From Rhina ancylostomus (Eukaryota), in contig JARFYF010000050.1 of the NCBI GenBank assembly GCA_030265395.1, positions 22,729,076 through 22,793,075 of the forward strand: DNA of 64,000 nucleotides, read 5' to 3'. Positions within the stretch are counted from its first letter, which is position 1. Each line of letters starts with the position of its first letter. Of the stretch, positions 13,056-25,028 are shown piece after piece. Position numbers and translations under genes: made by a program. The notes below the pieces were generated by a model. It had not been told where the DNA came from, ran no database searches, and saw nothing but the letters and a program-made list of their open reading frames with translations.

Positions 13056-15564
13056 GATGTCAAGTGGTAGTGCTTTCATATGATAAGTGGATAGAAACCA
13101 GAGAAATACAATCTTTTCCTACCGGATTGTTAACATCACTCTTATAAATTAGCAACCTCCATCTGTGGGTAGTTTATAGTTCACAAGGTGCCTGATTAAG
13201 AATGGGTTATCATTCTTCTAATGCACTTATTTTTGGAAATTTATCATGTAGCTAACAATATGTAAAATATTACAAACTTGCAAATCAAAAAACTGGAAAC
13301 CCATTTTAAAATACTGGACAATTTATTGTATATAAAAAGGTGGGATATTCTAGTAAACAAAGATTATAGTAAAATAGCCAGTTATTTGTTGGCTTCTTTG
13401 TTACAAGCTAAATTATTAAACCGGCCATTTATTCTCACTGCAATGTCACTGCATTTCTTGAAGCCATCACAGACATTGCTGGCCAGCCAAGTTAGCTTTG
13501 GGCAATCATTTATGCCTCATATATAGAATCCATTTAGATTTTTTAAGCATTAAACAAAACTCATGCAATTACAAGCTCAGTTCATCCATTCCTACCTCAC
13601 ATTCTTGATAAAATCAAGCACTTCTGTTTGAAATACAAAACAATTTCAAGCTTCAACACACAAAAGAAAAGACGGCTCATCTTGTCTGATTTCTTCTTGC
13701 CTCCAGCCATTTTAAAATGTTCTTTTAACTCAGACTGCAACTTCCTGTTGAATCACAATCTGTTCATTTTAGACACAAACACTTCAGATAATCATGCATC
13801 TTTGCTTTACTTAAGTTGTCAAATGCAACAATTTATTGTACTCCAGGCTGCACTAGAAAATGTCAGTGCAGAGACAGTTTTGGTCAGATTAAAGAATTGT
13901 TGTCAAAGGATCAGTGTTTCTAATCCAAATACTAAATAATAACTGGAANNNNNNNNNNNNNNNTGAAGATAGCTAATAAACTATCCAACTGTCCAAAATA
14001 CTGAGAGGTAACCTAAAGTGTATAGTGAAGGTGCTTGCAGAGGGAAAAAGGCTGACCGAGCCTTTAACTTAAATACTCAGAATGATATACTTCAACCAAT
14101 GAATTAGAATTTGTAGTTATGAATCATTGGATTTCAGAAAAATTAGCCAAAGACCTGACTATAATCATCAATCTCCAACCAAAAAGGAATAATGTGCTCA
14201 CAGATCCCGGGGAACCTAAATGTTCCATTACCCACAAAGGAAGGCAACATTGGAAATGTAAAACAAAAATGTTTTCAAAACATCACACCTGGCAGTGGCA
14301 ATTTAAAATTGCATTTCTAGAACCTTTTTAGGCTGTGTGTCACAACAGGGTTCAAAATACATATCTATAATTCAAAAGTGGAGTCATCGCTTAGAAAGGA
14401 AGCTGAACAGAATGCAGTAGGATCTTTATCAGATAAATTCTAAACTCTGTTATAGAGCTACAAACAGTTGTACATTTCAAAAAAGCCCACAAGGAAAGTC
14501 ATACTCCACACTGCCCTGGACTTTCCTTCATCTTCCATCCCAGAATTACCCAATGCCTTCACTTTCATTGTCTCACTATGTGCCCGACTACTCCCACGTT
14601 AGTGGTTGCAATTTTCATGTGTGCCAGGGAAGAAGGGAAGAAGTGAAGCAGCAACATTTCAGATGAAGCCCAGGAGTTAAGTTCTTTGGATCTGAGATGT
14701 ATACATGCCAATGGTGCCTACATTTACAACTCTAGATCATCCAAGACTCATTATGAGCCAAGAGCTTCTGGTTGTGAACTGCCACTGCCAATAGAGATCA
14801 AAGCATTCGCTCTAATCCTCAATTACTTTAGAACATGCACATAGAAAAGATCTCAATAAAGTGAAAAGACAAAGAAACAATAATATTTAAACTGGTCATG
14901 ACCAACAGTGCAAAATGGGCAATTCCGTTGAATCTGTTAGTGGAGTGTAAACAGGTTGCTATTTCTTTTTTGTCCATTTGGTACACTCGCCCAAGAGAAA
15001 TTTACTTCAAAATCTTTAACATTTATGCAATTTATAATTTTTCTGGTCCTCATCATGAAGTGTGTCCAAGCAGACCCAGCTTACTGGTGGTTATAATCAT
15101 CTTCCTTGCTCAGCAAGGCTTGAAGGCTTTCTCTAGTCTTTTTTATTCCATTGTTTTTACCAAGTGCATTATGTAATTGGACTGAATATAATTCTACTGT
15201 GACAGTCAGTATACCCATTGAGTCCAGAGAGGAAGCAATTGTTATCAATCGATATTACAAATTAACTCTCAAATAAAAGGAAACTAGATTAAGTACTGTG
15301 AGAAAATTCTGCAAACTGCAATGAATGCAGTACACATCACCGCAATCTTAGAACCATTCCAAAACAAAATTACAGGATGACATTAATAAAAGGAGCAATT
15401 TGTGTGCAAGTAATTGGTTCAGAATCCATTGATTTAGATGTGGAGTACAACACACCACCAATATTATATACGCCTTTAGTGTAAACAACAGTTTCCACTT
15501 GTGTGAATGATTTATTAATACGTAATAGTCAACTAAAGATCAAATAGGGAATCCAATGGTCATC

Positions 15565-15695
15565 TGGTCCAGATTTAGGTCTCAACCCAAAATGTCGATT
15601 TTTCAATTCTGTCCACAGACACTGGCTGATCCACTGAGTTCCTCCAGCAGTTTATTTATTGCTCCAGATTCCAACATCTGCAGTCCTGTGTTGCT
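15565..15695 (+). mobile_element. PLE terminal fragment, decayed hammerhead
   Basis: gtccagatttaggtctcaacccaaaatgtcga..ctgagttcctccagca..gctccagattccaacatctgcagtc. Confidence 0.7.
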
Positions 15696-15906
15696 AAATA
15701 GCCCATATGCTTTTAGGGAAGCTACATAAGCAATGGAGAGTGTAGTATACTAATGGTATTAGATAAGGATGGATGAGTGGAAGCTTGATATGAAGCGTAA
15801 ACATTAGCCTGAATGGCTATTGTCACACTGCATATTCCATGCAATTTTATGTAAACCTTGATGAACTTTTGCTCTATACAGCATTATTGATCATGTGCTT
15901 ACTTAC

Positions 15907-15963
15907 TTGGATTGGTGACATCAGCAGTTCTTCTCAACTTTCCACTAGCAGTTCTTGTGATTC
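15907..15963 (-). other. candidate exon (GITRTASGKLRRTADVTNP), product unknown
   Basis: Strong acceptor gttttattgttgttttag, donor CAA|GTAAGT, 57 nt, only one open frame, phase 1-1. Confidence 0.4.
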
Positions 15964-16729
15964 CTAAAACAACAATAAAACACATCATTCACAAAATGTC
16001 AATTTACTCATCTCCCCAGCTATATGATTCTTCACTCCCCATCCTCTCTAGTTTATCATCAAATGCCGTTGTTCCCTTAAAAGCAAATAGTCTCAAAAAA
16101 TCTGAACAAGTTAAAAAACCTAACCATTGCAAATACCTTTACAATGATGTTGGAATATCATCATAAAAATTTCAAACTGGATTAACAATAAAAATGGTTA
16201 CAAATTTCTGACCAGGATTCCACAACTCAGAATATTCAGAATTTTAGAGCTGAAGTTGGCAACAAAAGAGGAACAGATCGCACAGTGACTTCCCTTTCCA
16301 AGTAACAAACACTGCCTGGTTTTGACAACTGCAAAGAGAGGATCACACAACCATCTGTTGCCTCATCTTTGCTGCTGTTGAATTCTTACAAAAAAAAATG
16401 AAAACACAGAAACAGTTTACTTCATTATAAGAGTCCAAAAGATCTAAAGTGCTTATCTTCTTAGACATGAGCCATTATGTTGGGAGGATAATCAGCAACC
16501 AATCACAGCCCAAAATGACTTGGAGATCCATACTCTCTGGATCTCCAAGGAATTGCACAATGGCACAAGGAATTGCAAATAGTCACACTCGAAAAGTCAG
16601 TCGGGGAAATCAAGGTTGAAACTTCTGAATGGCACATTACTCCTTTCAACCAAGATACAAGATACAACATGGCAAGGTTGTAGAACTTAAAGTGCAAGCA
16701 ATGTGCCAAAAGAACTTATGACATCAGAA

Positions 16730-16871
16730 GACAAGAAATTCTGCAGATGCTGGAATCTGGAGCATGTGGACCTGATGAAGGGTCTTGGCCCGAATCGTCA
16801 ACTGTTTATTTCCTTCTGTGGATGCTGCCTGACCTGCTGAGTTCCTCCAGAACTATTTTGTGTATTGCAAC
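16730..16871 (-). mobile_element. PLE terminal fragment with inversion and 10-bp TSD
   Basis: TSD gacatcagaa at 16720-16729 and 16872-16881; plus-reading CTGATGA-agggtcttggccc-GAATC-GTC at 16772-16799; terminal segment inverted on the left. Confidence 0.85.
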
Positions 16872-17487
16872 GACATCAGAAAAAGTATAAAAGTTCTTGC
16901 AGAGTGAGTTAAGTTTTAAACTGAAGTGGATGATCAAGGGTGTTCTCACATTTACTCCCGATGCTATATGGGTCATTTGTATTTACTGGTTAAATACATT
17001 GTTCCTTGGCTGCAGAGATGACATAGAAGAGAACGTTTTAGATTGTCAGGACAGCATCCACGTTCAGAGACCGGTGGAAAGTTCCAGGATCAAAGTGCTC
17101 CATCCAAAGCAGAGAACATAAACATGGTTGAGAGAAAGATTAAACCAATAAAAATGCAGAACTAAGGGAAAGCAAAATATCCCATAGAGGAAAGGAATTA
17201 ACAAATTAAAGAATTTTCCAGAGATCAAAACTTCTTTGACAGAACTTTAGTTAGTTCTCTGTGGTGTGCATGCATAGCTTTGTGGCTTGTGTACACTAGC
17301 TGTTATGTGACTATTAAGACAATAGCAGCCCCATCAATCTTAATAGGAGCCATGTAAAATGTTGCTAAATTAACCATAGCATGTACCATATTTCAGCTCA
17401 GTTTAGAGACTCAACTGCCACAATACAGATGTGTTCCCTTGATGCTCCACGTCTGAGTGAGTTTACGTATATTCCACACTATTACAA

Positions 17488-17690
17488 GTACATAGAACAG
17501 TACAGTGCAGGAACAGGCCCTTTGGCCCACAATGTCTGTGTTGAGCATGACACCAAATTAACTAATCTCTTTTGCCATCACATGATCCACATCCCTCCAT
17601 ATACATGTGCCTATCCAAAAGCATCTTGGATGCCACTGTTGTATCTGCTTCCACTACTACTCCTAGTAGCATATTACAGGCACCTAGGAG
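17488..17690 (-). mobile_element. CR1 LINE 3' end
   Basis: catagaacagtacagtgcaggaacaggccctttggcccac = reverse CR1 tail. Confidence 0.85.
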
Positions 17691-19579
17691 ACAGCAAGAA
17701 ATTGCCCTATTGGTGAAAGGTTTAGGAATCAGAGGATAAAGAAGGAGAATGGCAAAGGAACCAGGAATGACACGACAGAAAACATTTCATGCAGTAAGTG
17801 GTCATGATCTGGGATCCGGTCTCTAAAAGGGTGGAGGAAGCAGATTCAATTACTTTCTAAAGGGAAATGAGATGATACTTGAGGGAGGATAAAGTAGTAT
17901 GCAGACCATAGAGCCAAGGGGAAATGGCTGAGAATGGAACTAACCGGCTTATTCCTTCCATGCTCTAAAGATTTTAAATCACTTGAGCAGTCCCATTGAT
18001 AATTGAGCAAAAAATTTGAGGATACAGCAAGAAAAAACAGTTACAGTATTGCATGGTTTAGTTCCAGCACATCCTCCACAAATCTTACGTGGCTGCTTCT
18101 TGAAAATTCATTGTGTGCTTGAGGTTACTACAGTATTTTGGGAGCCTCATGGGATCAACAATGAGTGAAGAAAATGCTGTCGAAATAAACTCCGAGGAAA
18201 ATACCACCCTCTTGCTGGTCTTTATCCAAAAATCTAAAATCTAATTTCTGCAAGACATTTTCTGAAATGCTTATAACATTTTTCAAAGAAATACATAAAA
18301 GGAGAAAACTGAACTGACTGCCAGCTTCACATATCCTGGTAAACTGCCAGCTCCAATGTCTGCTTCAATTGCCACTATTGTTAAAAGAGCAGCAGCAAAC
18401 AGCCAGAGATTTTTTTTCCATGCTCAAGCTTTTGACGAATGGTTATGGCAAAATGAGAAGTGAGAGCAGAAAGAAGGAGGACAATAAGATTGGTACATTT
18501 TATTTTTGGGAGCAAGAGAGAAGTTACTTCTGTAGGAACTATCACAGCAGCCATTGCCTAGAGCAAATTTAACGAAATCTAGGAGGTTAAGAAAACATTG
18601 GCTCTCAACTAAATATCTTATGTCTGAAGCTACAATCTAAATGCAATGTATATCTGCCAACAACCGTAGTCAAAAACAGACCCATTGAGTGACTAGAGCA
18701 CCAAAGCCTTGAGTCCCTCCTCCAAAATCCCGCATCTGGACTGCAGTTTTAACCATTATACCAGCATTTTGCCTTAAAGAAAACATTAAACTAGTTAGTT
18801 AAAAAAACAGAAAAAAACATTGGCAAGGTCAAATGGGGTTTGACAAGAGATTTCACCCGATGGAATTGGCAAATAAGTTGGAAAAAAATATTTCATGTTT
18901 GAAAATTCTTAGTGAAGTCCATGTGGATTAAAATTATTTAATGTGCCACTGAATGGAGACCGCAGAATTCAAAGAGAATACATTTTAAACCAAAACTAAG
19001 ATCTTTTTTGCTAATAAATCTCTTCTGTGCAAAAACGTGGCAGGAACATGGTTGAATCACTGTGTGACTCACTCTTCAGTTAAAGAAGCTTTCTTCAAAA
19101 GAAGAGCACTTCAAACAGCACAAGGTCACATGCAAGACTTTTTAAAATTTACTTTGTTAAAATTCAGTTCGAACTCTTTCAAGGCAAATTCCTTTGCCCC
19201 ACGTTCAGGCAATTCAAATTTTAAATCTCAAAGCCTCATCTCCTTTCTTCATTCATTTGTCTTAATGTTGTAGCCAGAAGGCAGCTACACAGCTTGATCC
19301 CAGTGTTACTAATGCTGTGGATCACACAGTTATAACTCTTTTCCCAGACGTCTCCCAATCCACACTTGATGCAGTTCAGAGCAGGTATCAAATGAACTGC
19401 AATTACAGTCAGTGCACTTTATGGTGCAGATTTTTCTTAACATTTTGTCTTTACTATAGAATCAGTTATACTTAGTCTTTCAGAAAATGGAAGCAGGAGG
19501 GGAGAAATTAAAAACAGTAGATGTCCTGGTATAGACTATACAAGATTGCATTGCAGGCTTTTAAAGGAATATGTTCCAG

Positions 19580-20165
19580 GACGACTATTTGGGGACAAGG
19601 TACCTTCAATATGGAAGAGGACACCAAGTGTGGCCTCCTGAGGAAGTAGAGGTGCTGGTGAGCTTTCTTTGGTTGTGGTGTCTATGTGGCGGACTAGGAC
19701 AGGCTGTTGGTGATGTTCACTCGAGAAACTTGAAGCTTCCAACCCTCTCAACCTCAACACTGTTGACGGAGACAGGTGAATGTACATTGCCCCCTTTCCT
19801 GAAGTAAATGACCAGCTGTTCTGTTTTGCTGACATTGAGAGAAAGGTTGTTGTCATGACACCATTCCACTAAGCTCTCTATCTCCTTCCTATACTCTGAC
19901 TCATCATTATTTGAGATATGACCTACAAAGGTGGTATCATCTGCAAACTTGTAGATGGTATTAGAGCAGAATCTGGCCACACAGTCATGAGAGTATAGGG
20001 AGTAGAGTAGAGTAGAGGGCTGAGGACGCAGCCTTGTGTGGCACCGGTGTTGAGAATAATCATGCTGGAGGTGTTGCTGCCTATCCTCGCCAATTGTGGT
20101 CTGTTGGTCAGAAAGTCAAGAATCCAGTTACAGAGGGAGGTGTTGAGTCCTAGGTCTCAGAGATT
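19580..20165 (-). mobile_element. Rex1/Babar LINE RT fragment
   Basis: [43 protein letters not shown] motifs; frameshifted. Confidence 0.9.
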
Positions 20166-20169
20166 GGTG

Positions 20170-20312
20170 ATTGGAGGCATTGGAGGTTATGGGAAAGAGG
20201 CAGGTAGGTGGAGCAAAGTCCATGGCCAGATCAGCCATGATATTAATAAATGGTAGAGCAGGCTCGATGGGCCAGTTGATCTACTCCTGGTCCTATTTCT
20301 TATGATCTTGTG
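20170..20312 (+). mobile_element. CR1 3' tail (second tail type)
   Basis: agatcagccatgat..gagcaggctcgatgggcc..tactcctggtcctatttcttatg. Confidence 0.75.
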
Positions 20313-20614
20313 TTCATTGGCAGAAATTCTTATCCCATCATTTCAAAATTTTGCCCATGGGTGTGCTTATGCAAACATTTCAAAAGCTTGCACTCACATG
20401 TGTGATCAAGTATCATATATGTATTTGAAAAGCTACAAACCTTTCTCCCCAAGTGTCCAGCTTAACATTTGCATTATGTCTAGATGTGTTAAAAATATAA
20501 ATCTTCAGTGCACATGGAGTCACAGAGCAGTCGTCAGTTGTGGCAGGGCTTACATGCCACAACGGGCTACAAAATGAAGTTGGACAGCATAGTTAATAAC
20601 AGTGCATCCATTCC

Positions 20615-21360
20615 AGATTAGCTTAATGTATTCTATGCACATTTTGAACAGAAGGGGATTGGTTTGTCACCACCCACCCTGACAGCCTCCAATGCAACTG
20701 AACCCGTGGTCATCATTGAGGATGCAAGGTCTGTCTTCCGGAGAGTGAACCCGAGGAAAGCATCTGGCCCGGATGGTGTCCCTGTCAGTGTGTTCAGATA
20801 TTGTGNNNNNNNNNNNNNNNNNNNNNNNNNNNNNNNNNNNNNNNNNNNNNNNNNNNNNNNNNNNNNNNNNNNNNNNNNNNNNNNNNNNNNNNNNNNNNNN
20901 NNNNNNNNNNNNNNNNNNNNNNNNNNNNNNNNNNNNNNNNNNNNNNNNNNNNNNNNNNNNNNNNNNNNNNNNNNNNNNNNNNNNNNNNNNNNNNNNNNNN
21001 NNNNNNNNNNNNNNNNNNNNNNNNNNNNNNNNNNNNNNNNNNNNNNNNNNNNNNNNNNNNNNNNNNNNNNNNNNNNNNNNNNNNNNNNNNNNNNNNNNNN
21101 NNNNNNNNNNNNNNNNNNNNNNNNNNNNNNNNNNNNNNNNNNNNNNNNNNNNNNNNNNNNTTGTTATGACCTTGCACCTTAATGTCTACCTGCACTTTCT
21201 CTGTAGCTTAATCTGTATGACACTTTACTCTATATTCTGTTATTATTTTTACCATGTGCTACCTCAAAGCACTGTGTACCAAATTGATCTGTATAAACAG
21301 TATGCAAGACAATTTTTTCCACTGTACCTCAGTACAAGTAACAATAATAAACCAATACTT
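20615..21360 (+). mobile_element. Rex1/Babar LINE spanning an assembly gap
   Basis: FRRVNPRKASGPDGVP before the gap; 3' UTR ending ctgtacctcagtacaagtaacaataataaaccaatac after it. Confidence 0.85.
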
Positions 21361-22230
21361 CCAGTTATCTTGTGCATTCATTGCAGGTGATACTGCTATG
21401 CCTTGAGACCCCATAACCCCAGCAGGAAGGGACATTGGCAAATTTATATTTAAATATTTAATCTATCTTTCATATTAGATGCCTTTCAGATTATTTTAAA
21501 CTTTATGCAACCCTTATTTTCAGTGATCTTGTTGCCATGCAAGCCTCTCCAATCATCTGCTTTTCCTTTAAGATCTGATTGTTATAAAATTGAAACCTGA
21601 TCAACCCACGGCCAATCTGAAGCTGACCTCAGCACTTGTATTTTCCACACCCAACCATCATCAGCATGCCGAAGATCTGGTTGAGGTCTGAAACACTCAG
21701 CTGAAAATAAATCCTATTAAGTGCAAACAAAAGAAAAACCCAAAAATGTCATGGCATGAGAAATTATAATAAGTTAAGTTGCACCATATTGATACAAAAT
21801 ATTTTGAGGGTCTTGGCTTCAAAATAGCCCTGTGAAAGCATGTCACTAAACTCACCATTTTTATTATTTAGTTTCAAGTAGAACCATTTGCAAATGGCAG
21901 AACACCAAATACAAATAAAAGACATTTATATAGAGGTTTTCTTATGAAGTAAATCATCCCAACTTGGACAACCAAGCCAGACCAACATGGCACATACTGA
22001 TCCAACTCAAACCCAAAATGTTTGATCAGAATATTAACAAATGGTTTGGCTCTTCGGGCTTGGGTCAGGCGGTCAGGAAAGGATAGTAATACCTGGGTTT
22101 TTCTTCATCGCAAAGTGCTCCTTCCACACTCTCCCTTTTGTTTCCTATCTTTCACTTGTTTGATTGTTTTCAGTCAATAGCATTCATTGGTAGCACCCTC
22201 CTAGTTGTACCCATGTGTGTCCAACAATAA

Positions 22231-22542
22231 TACAGGCTGTCCCATGGTTATGGATGCTCCACTTATGGTCACCACTAGATATGAACAAGCTCCCTTAATA
22301 TCATCAAGTTCAGAAGTCCAACAATGTACATATATTCATTCCTACAAATGCTTCCTTTCTCTTTCCACTTTTAGTAACTGTTCTTTCTTTTCAGTCTTGC
22401 GTACTTTTGATGACATTTATTACAATACCAAAGGAGGTAATGTTACCAAAGAGTGATGTTTGTGTATTTTCCAACTTACAGACAAAACCAACTAATGGAA
22501 TCTGTAAAACAGAACCCATTTATTACCCAGGTATGACGTGTT
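22231..22542. mobile_element. degraded Tigger/pogo-like (Tc1/mariner) MITE
   Basis: Starts TAcaggctgtcccatggttatg, ends ttacccaggtatgacgtg (imperfect inverted termini); internal ccacttatg/ccaacttaca repeats resemble CpG-decayed CCGACTTACG. Confidence 0.5.
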
Positions 22543-24049
22543 CTCCCCACCATCCACCCACAAGAAAATATCTAGTTTTCTTTACTGGTTTCCACAGCAT
22601 TAACTTTATTTTTATTTTACATAATGTAGAAGTTTATGGTCAGTGCAAGAGGAATTGGAGGCAGTTGAGAGCAAAAAAAAAGGATGGAAGGAAATTATAG
22701 TGGGTGAGGAACAGAAGCAATGCAAGATGAAAGGTTATGGATATAAGGAAGCCCAGATGATTGGAGAGATGGAAGGAAATAGACGAGACACGATACACCG
22801 ACGGAAGAGCTAGGTGAGCTAGCAGGCAGTGGAGGAAATGGTAGTGGAGGAATGGCAAGATAAATTAGCAGCATTCCTTCCTCATTCTTTTCTACTTCTG
22901 GTTTCAAAGAAGTCAGGACCCCCAAACAAATATGATACAAGAGTGACCCTCAACCCTGGTTAAATTCACGTGGTGCAATCCAAAAGGTTGACAACTGATC
23001 AATTCAAGATAAACAATGTCCCTGGCTAGAACACTTCCTCAGCCAAGCGCTGATGCAGCTGGGTTGTGTGGCCTGGCTTGTAGACCCAACAGTAGAAAGT
23101 GGAGTCTCTGGCTCATTTCTCTACTGTCACAATAAAGAAAAAATGTTTTTTAAAATATATATAAAAAGGGAGAACATGAGAAATGAAATAACAGACAACC
23201 AAAAGTTAGCTTTTCTCTGATCTGGTTTTAATTCTGCTGTTGGTTCTTGAGATTTTCTAAATCTAATATAAAACTCATAATAAAAAGGTAGCCATCAAGA
23301 TGGTTACATGCAGAATATTGGCACTGTAGGTGAAATCCTTTGCTTTGGAGTTCAAAAATGTCTTTAAACAAAATAACTATGATGGTGAACACAAGAGCCC
23401 AGTAAACTCATGTGCTAGCATTGAGGTTTCAGTAGATTCCTGGACTAATGAGGATATAAAATGTACCAATTGCTTCTTTCTTTTACTTATATATAAAAAA
23501 TTATGCTACTGATCTGGCACAGAAGAGTTAATAAAATAAAGTCCCTTTCTCTAGGCCAAGAAACACCTTAATGGCAATATTTCTAACATGGATCTCAGCT
23601 GATAAAATAAACTGAGATCATTGCTGAAAATCTACTGCTGGAAAATAGCAAAAATTGCTCAGGAGGTTTTATTATGCTTTAAAATGATTTTATCCAACCA
23701 GACACACAGTTTCTTATTAAAACAAAAAAAATCTAAATACAGTAGAAGCTTGTGTCATATTTATGGAGTTTAAAGCAAGGGTTTTGAATAGGACGTTTAA
23801 AATAACACGGTATTTTCACACACTCTAAACTGTGGTATTGGAAAAGGAAGTTCCGGAGTTGGCACAATATTTTGAGTTCATTGAAATGGTTTTCTTGGGT
23901 ATTTCTGAAATACTGCAGTTAAAGATGTGGCTTTTTTCTTCAACTCTCAACCATTCAAAGAAAGAATGTGCATCTATAGTGACACTTTTCACACCGTCAT
24001 GAAACCCCAAATGCATGACACCAAAGAAAGAAATGCTGATAAACTGATA

Positions 24050-24213
24050 ATAGACTATTTTTGATATGTTAACTGAGGCACTAATATTAGCCAGGGCACC
24101 AAATTTTCAAAATAGCTCCATGGGATTTTCTACAACCTCAAATATAGGTTCAGTGGGACTTAAGCCCACAACCTGTGGACTGGGATGTTACCAACTGAGC
24201 CAAGACTGACACC
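24050..24213 (-). mobile_element. DeuSINE (SacSINE1-like), internally deleted
   Basis: tRNA-like head ggtgtcagtctTGGCTCAGTTGG..GGCTTAAGTCC; Deu core aaatcccatggagctattttgaa..ccctggctaatatt..cctca. Confidence 0.7.
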
Positions 24214-24691
24214 CAGCATTTTCAGAAACTTTGAACAATAATGTTTTTTTCACCACAGTGATTTACATTTCTTCTTGAATGCAAGTTTCTCTCCCCCCCC
24301 CCCCCCCAGATATACTAGGGGAGAAATTGGTCTCTGGATCTTGACAATAAACNNNNNNNNNNNNNNNNNNNNNNNNNNNNNNNNNNNNNNNNNNNNNNNN
24401 NNNNNNNNNNNNNNNNNNNNNNNNNNNNNNNNNNNNNNNNNNNNNNNNNNNNAATAAACACAGCTGAGTGCATTGGTTACCATTTGCACCCAACCCTCAC
24501 ATTCAGTTCTACTGACTTCAGCCAGTAGCCGATACTCTTGCACATATTTGACATCCAAATACAAATTCCTCCTCCACTGTGCTTAAAAACATTTCTTCAA
24601 TAAATGCTGAAGTAATTGTGCTAAATTAATGCAGCCAAGAAGCGATCTAGCATCCCACATGGCCAAAAACTGGTCTAGCTTCTTTAGTGGC

Positions 24692-24812
24692 TGAAAGTAA
24701 AATATTGCAGATGCTGGGTTTAGAAGTAAAATAAAATCCTTGAGGTGGTCTGCAAGTCAGGCAGTGTCTGAAACAGTTAATGTTTCAGGAGAGGAACCTT
24801 TCATCAGAACTC
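24692..24812 (-). mobile_element. PLE terminal fragment with both hammerhead core boxes intact
   Basis: Minus strand agtt-CTGATGA-a-AGGttcctctCCT-GAAAC-att-aact; stem I agtt/aact, stem II AGG/CCT. Confidence 0.7.
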
Positions 24813-25028
24813 ACATTTGCCTCCCATCAAGGTGTCAAAAACAATTAGAAACAAGGAATAGTTAACGGTTTGCTTTTGTTTCTCACCCACACCTCAGAGC
24901 TTTTAAGTTCTGAGAATATTTTTGATGCTTTGTTAAACTTCCCCATGCAATCATCTTGTGGCATAACAGTACTCTTGATATAAATCCTCATGCAACTAAG
25001 GAAAACAGAAACAGAATTAAAATCAAAA

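Noticed and set aside
20664-21390. Long ORFs of 120-237 aa containing X runs (also 40727-41440, 61134-61747)
   Set aside because: Length comes from N gaps, not coding sequence
21590-22080. Possible hAT-like remnant (acccaa/ttgggtc motifs) around palindrome ccatttgcaaatgg
   Set aside because: No definable TIR or TSD; too degraded to call
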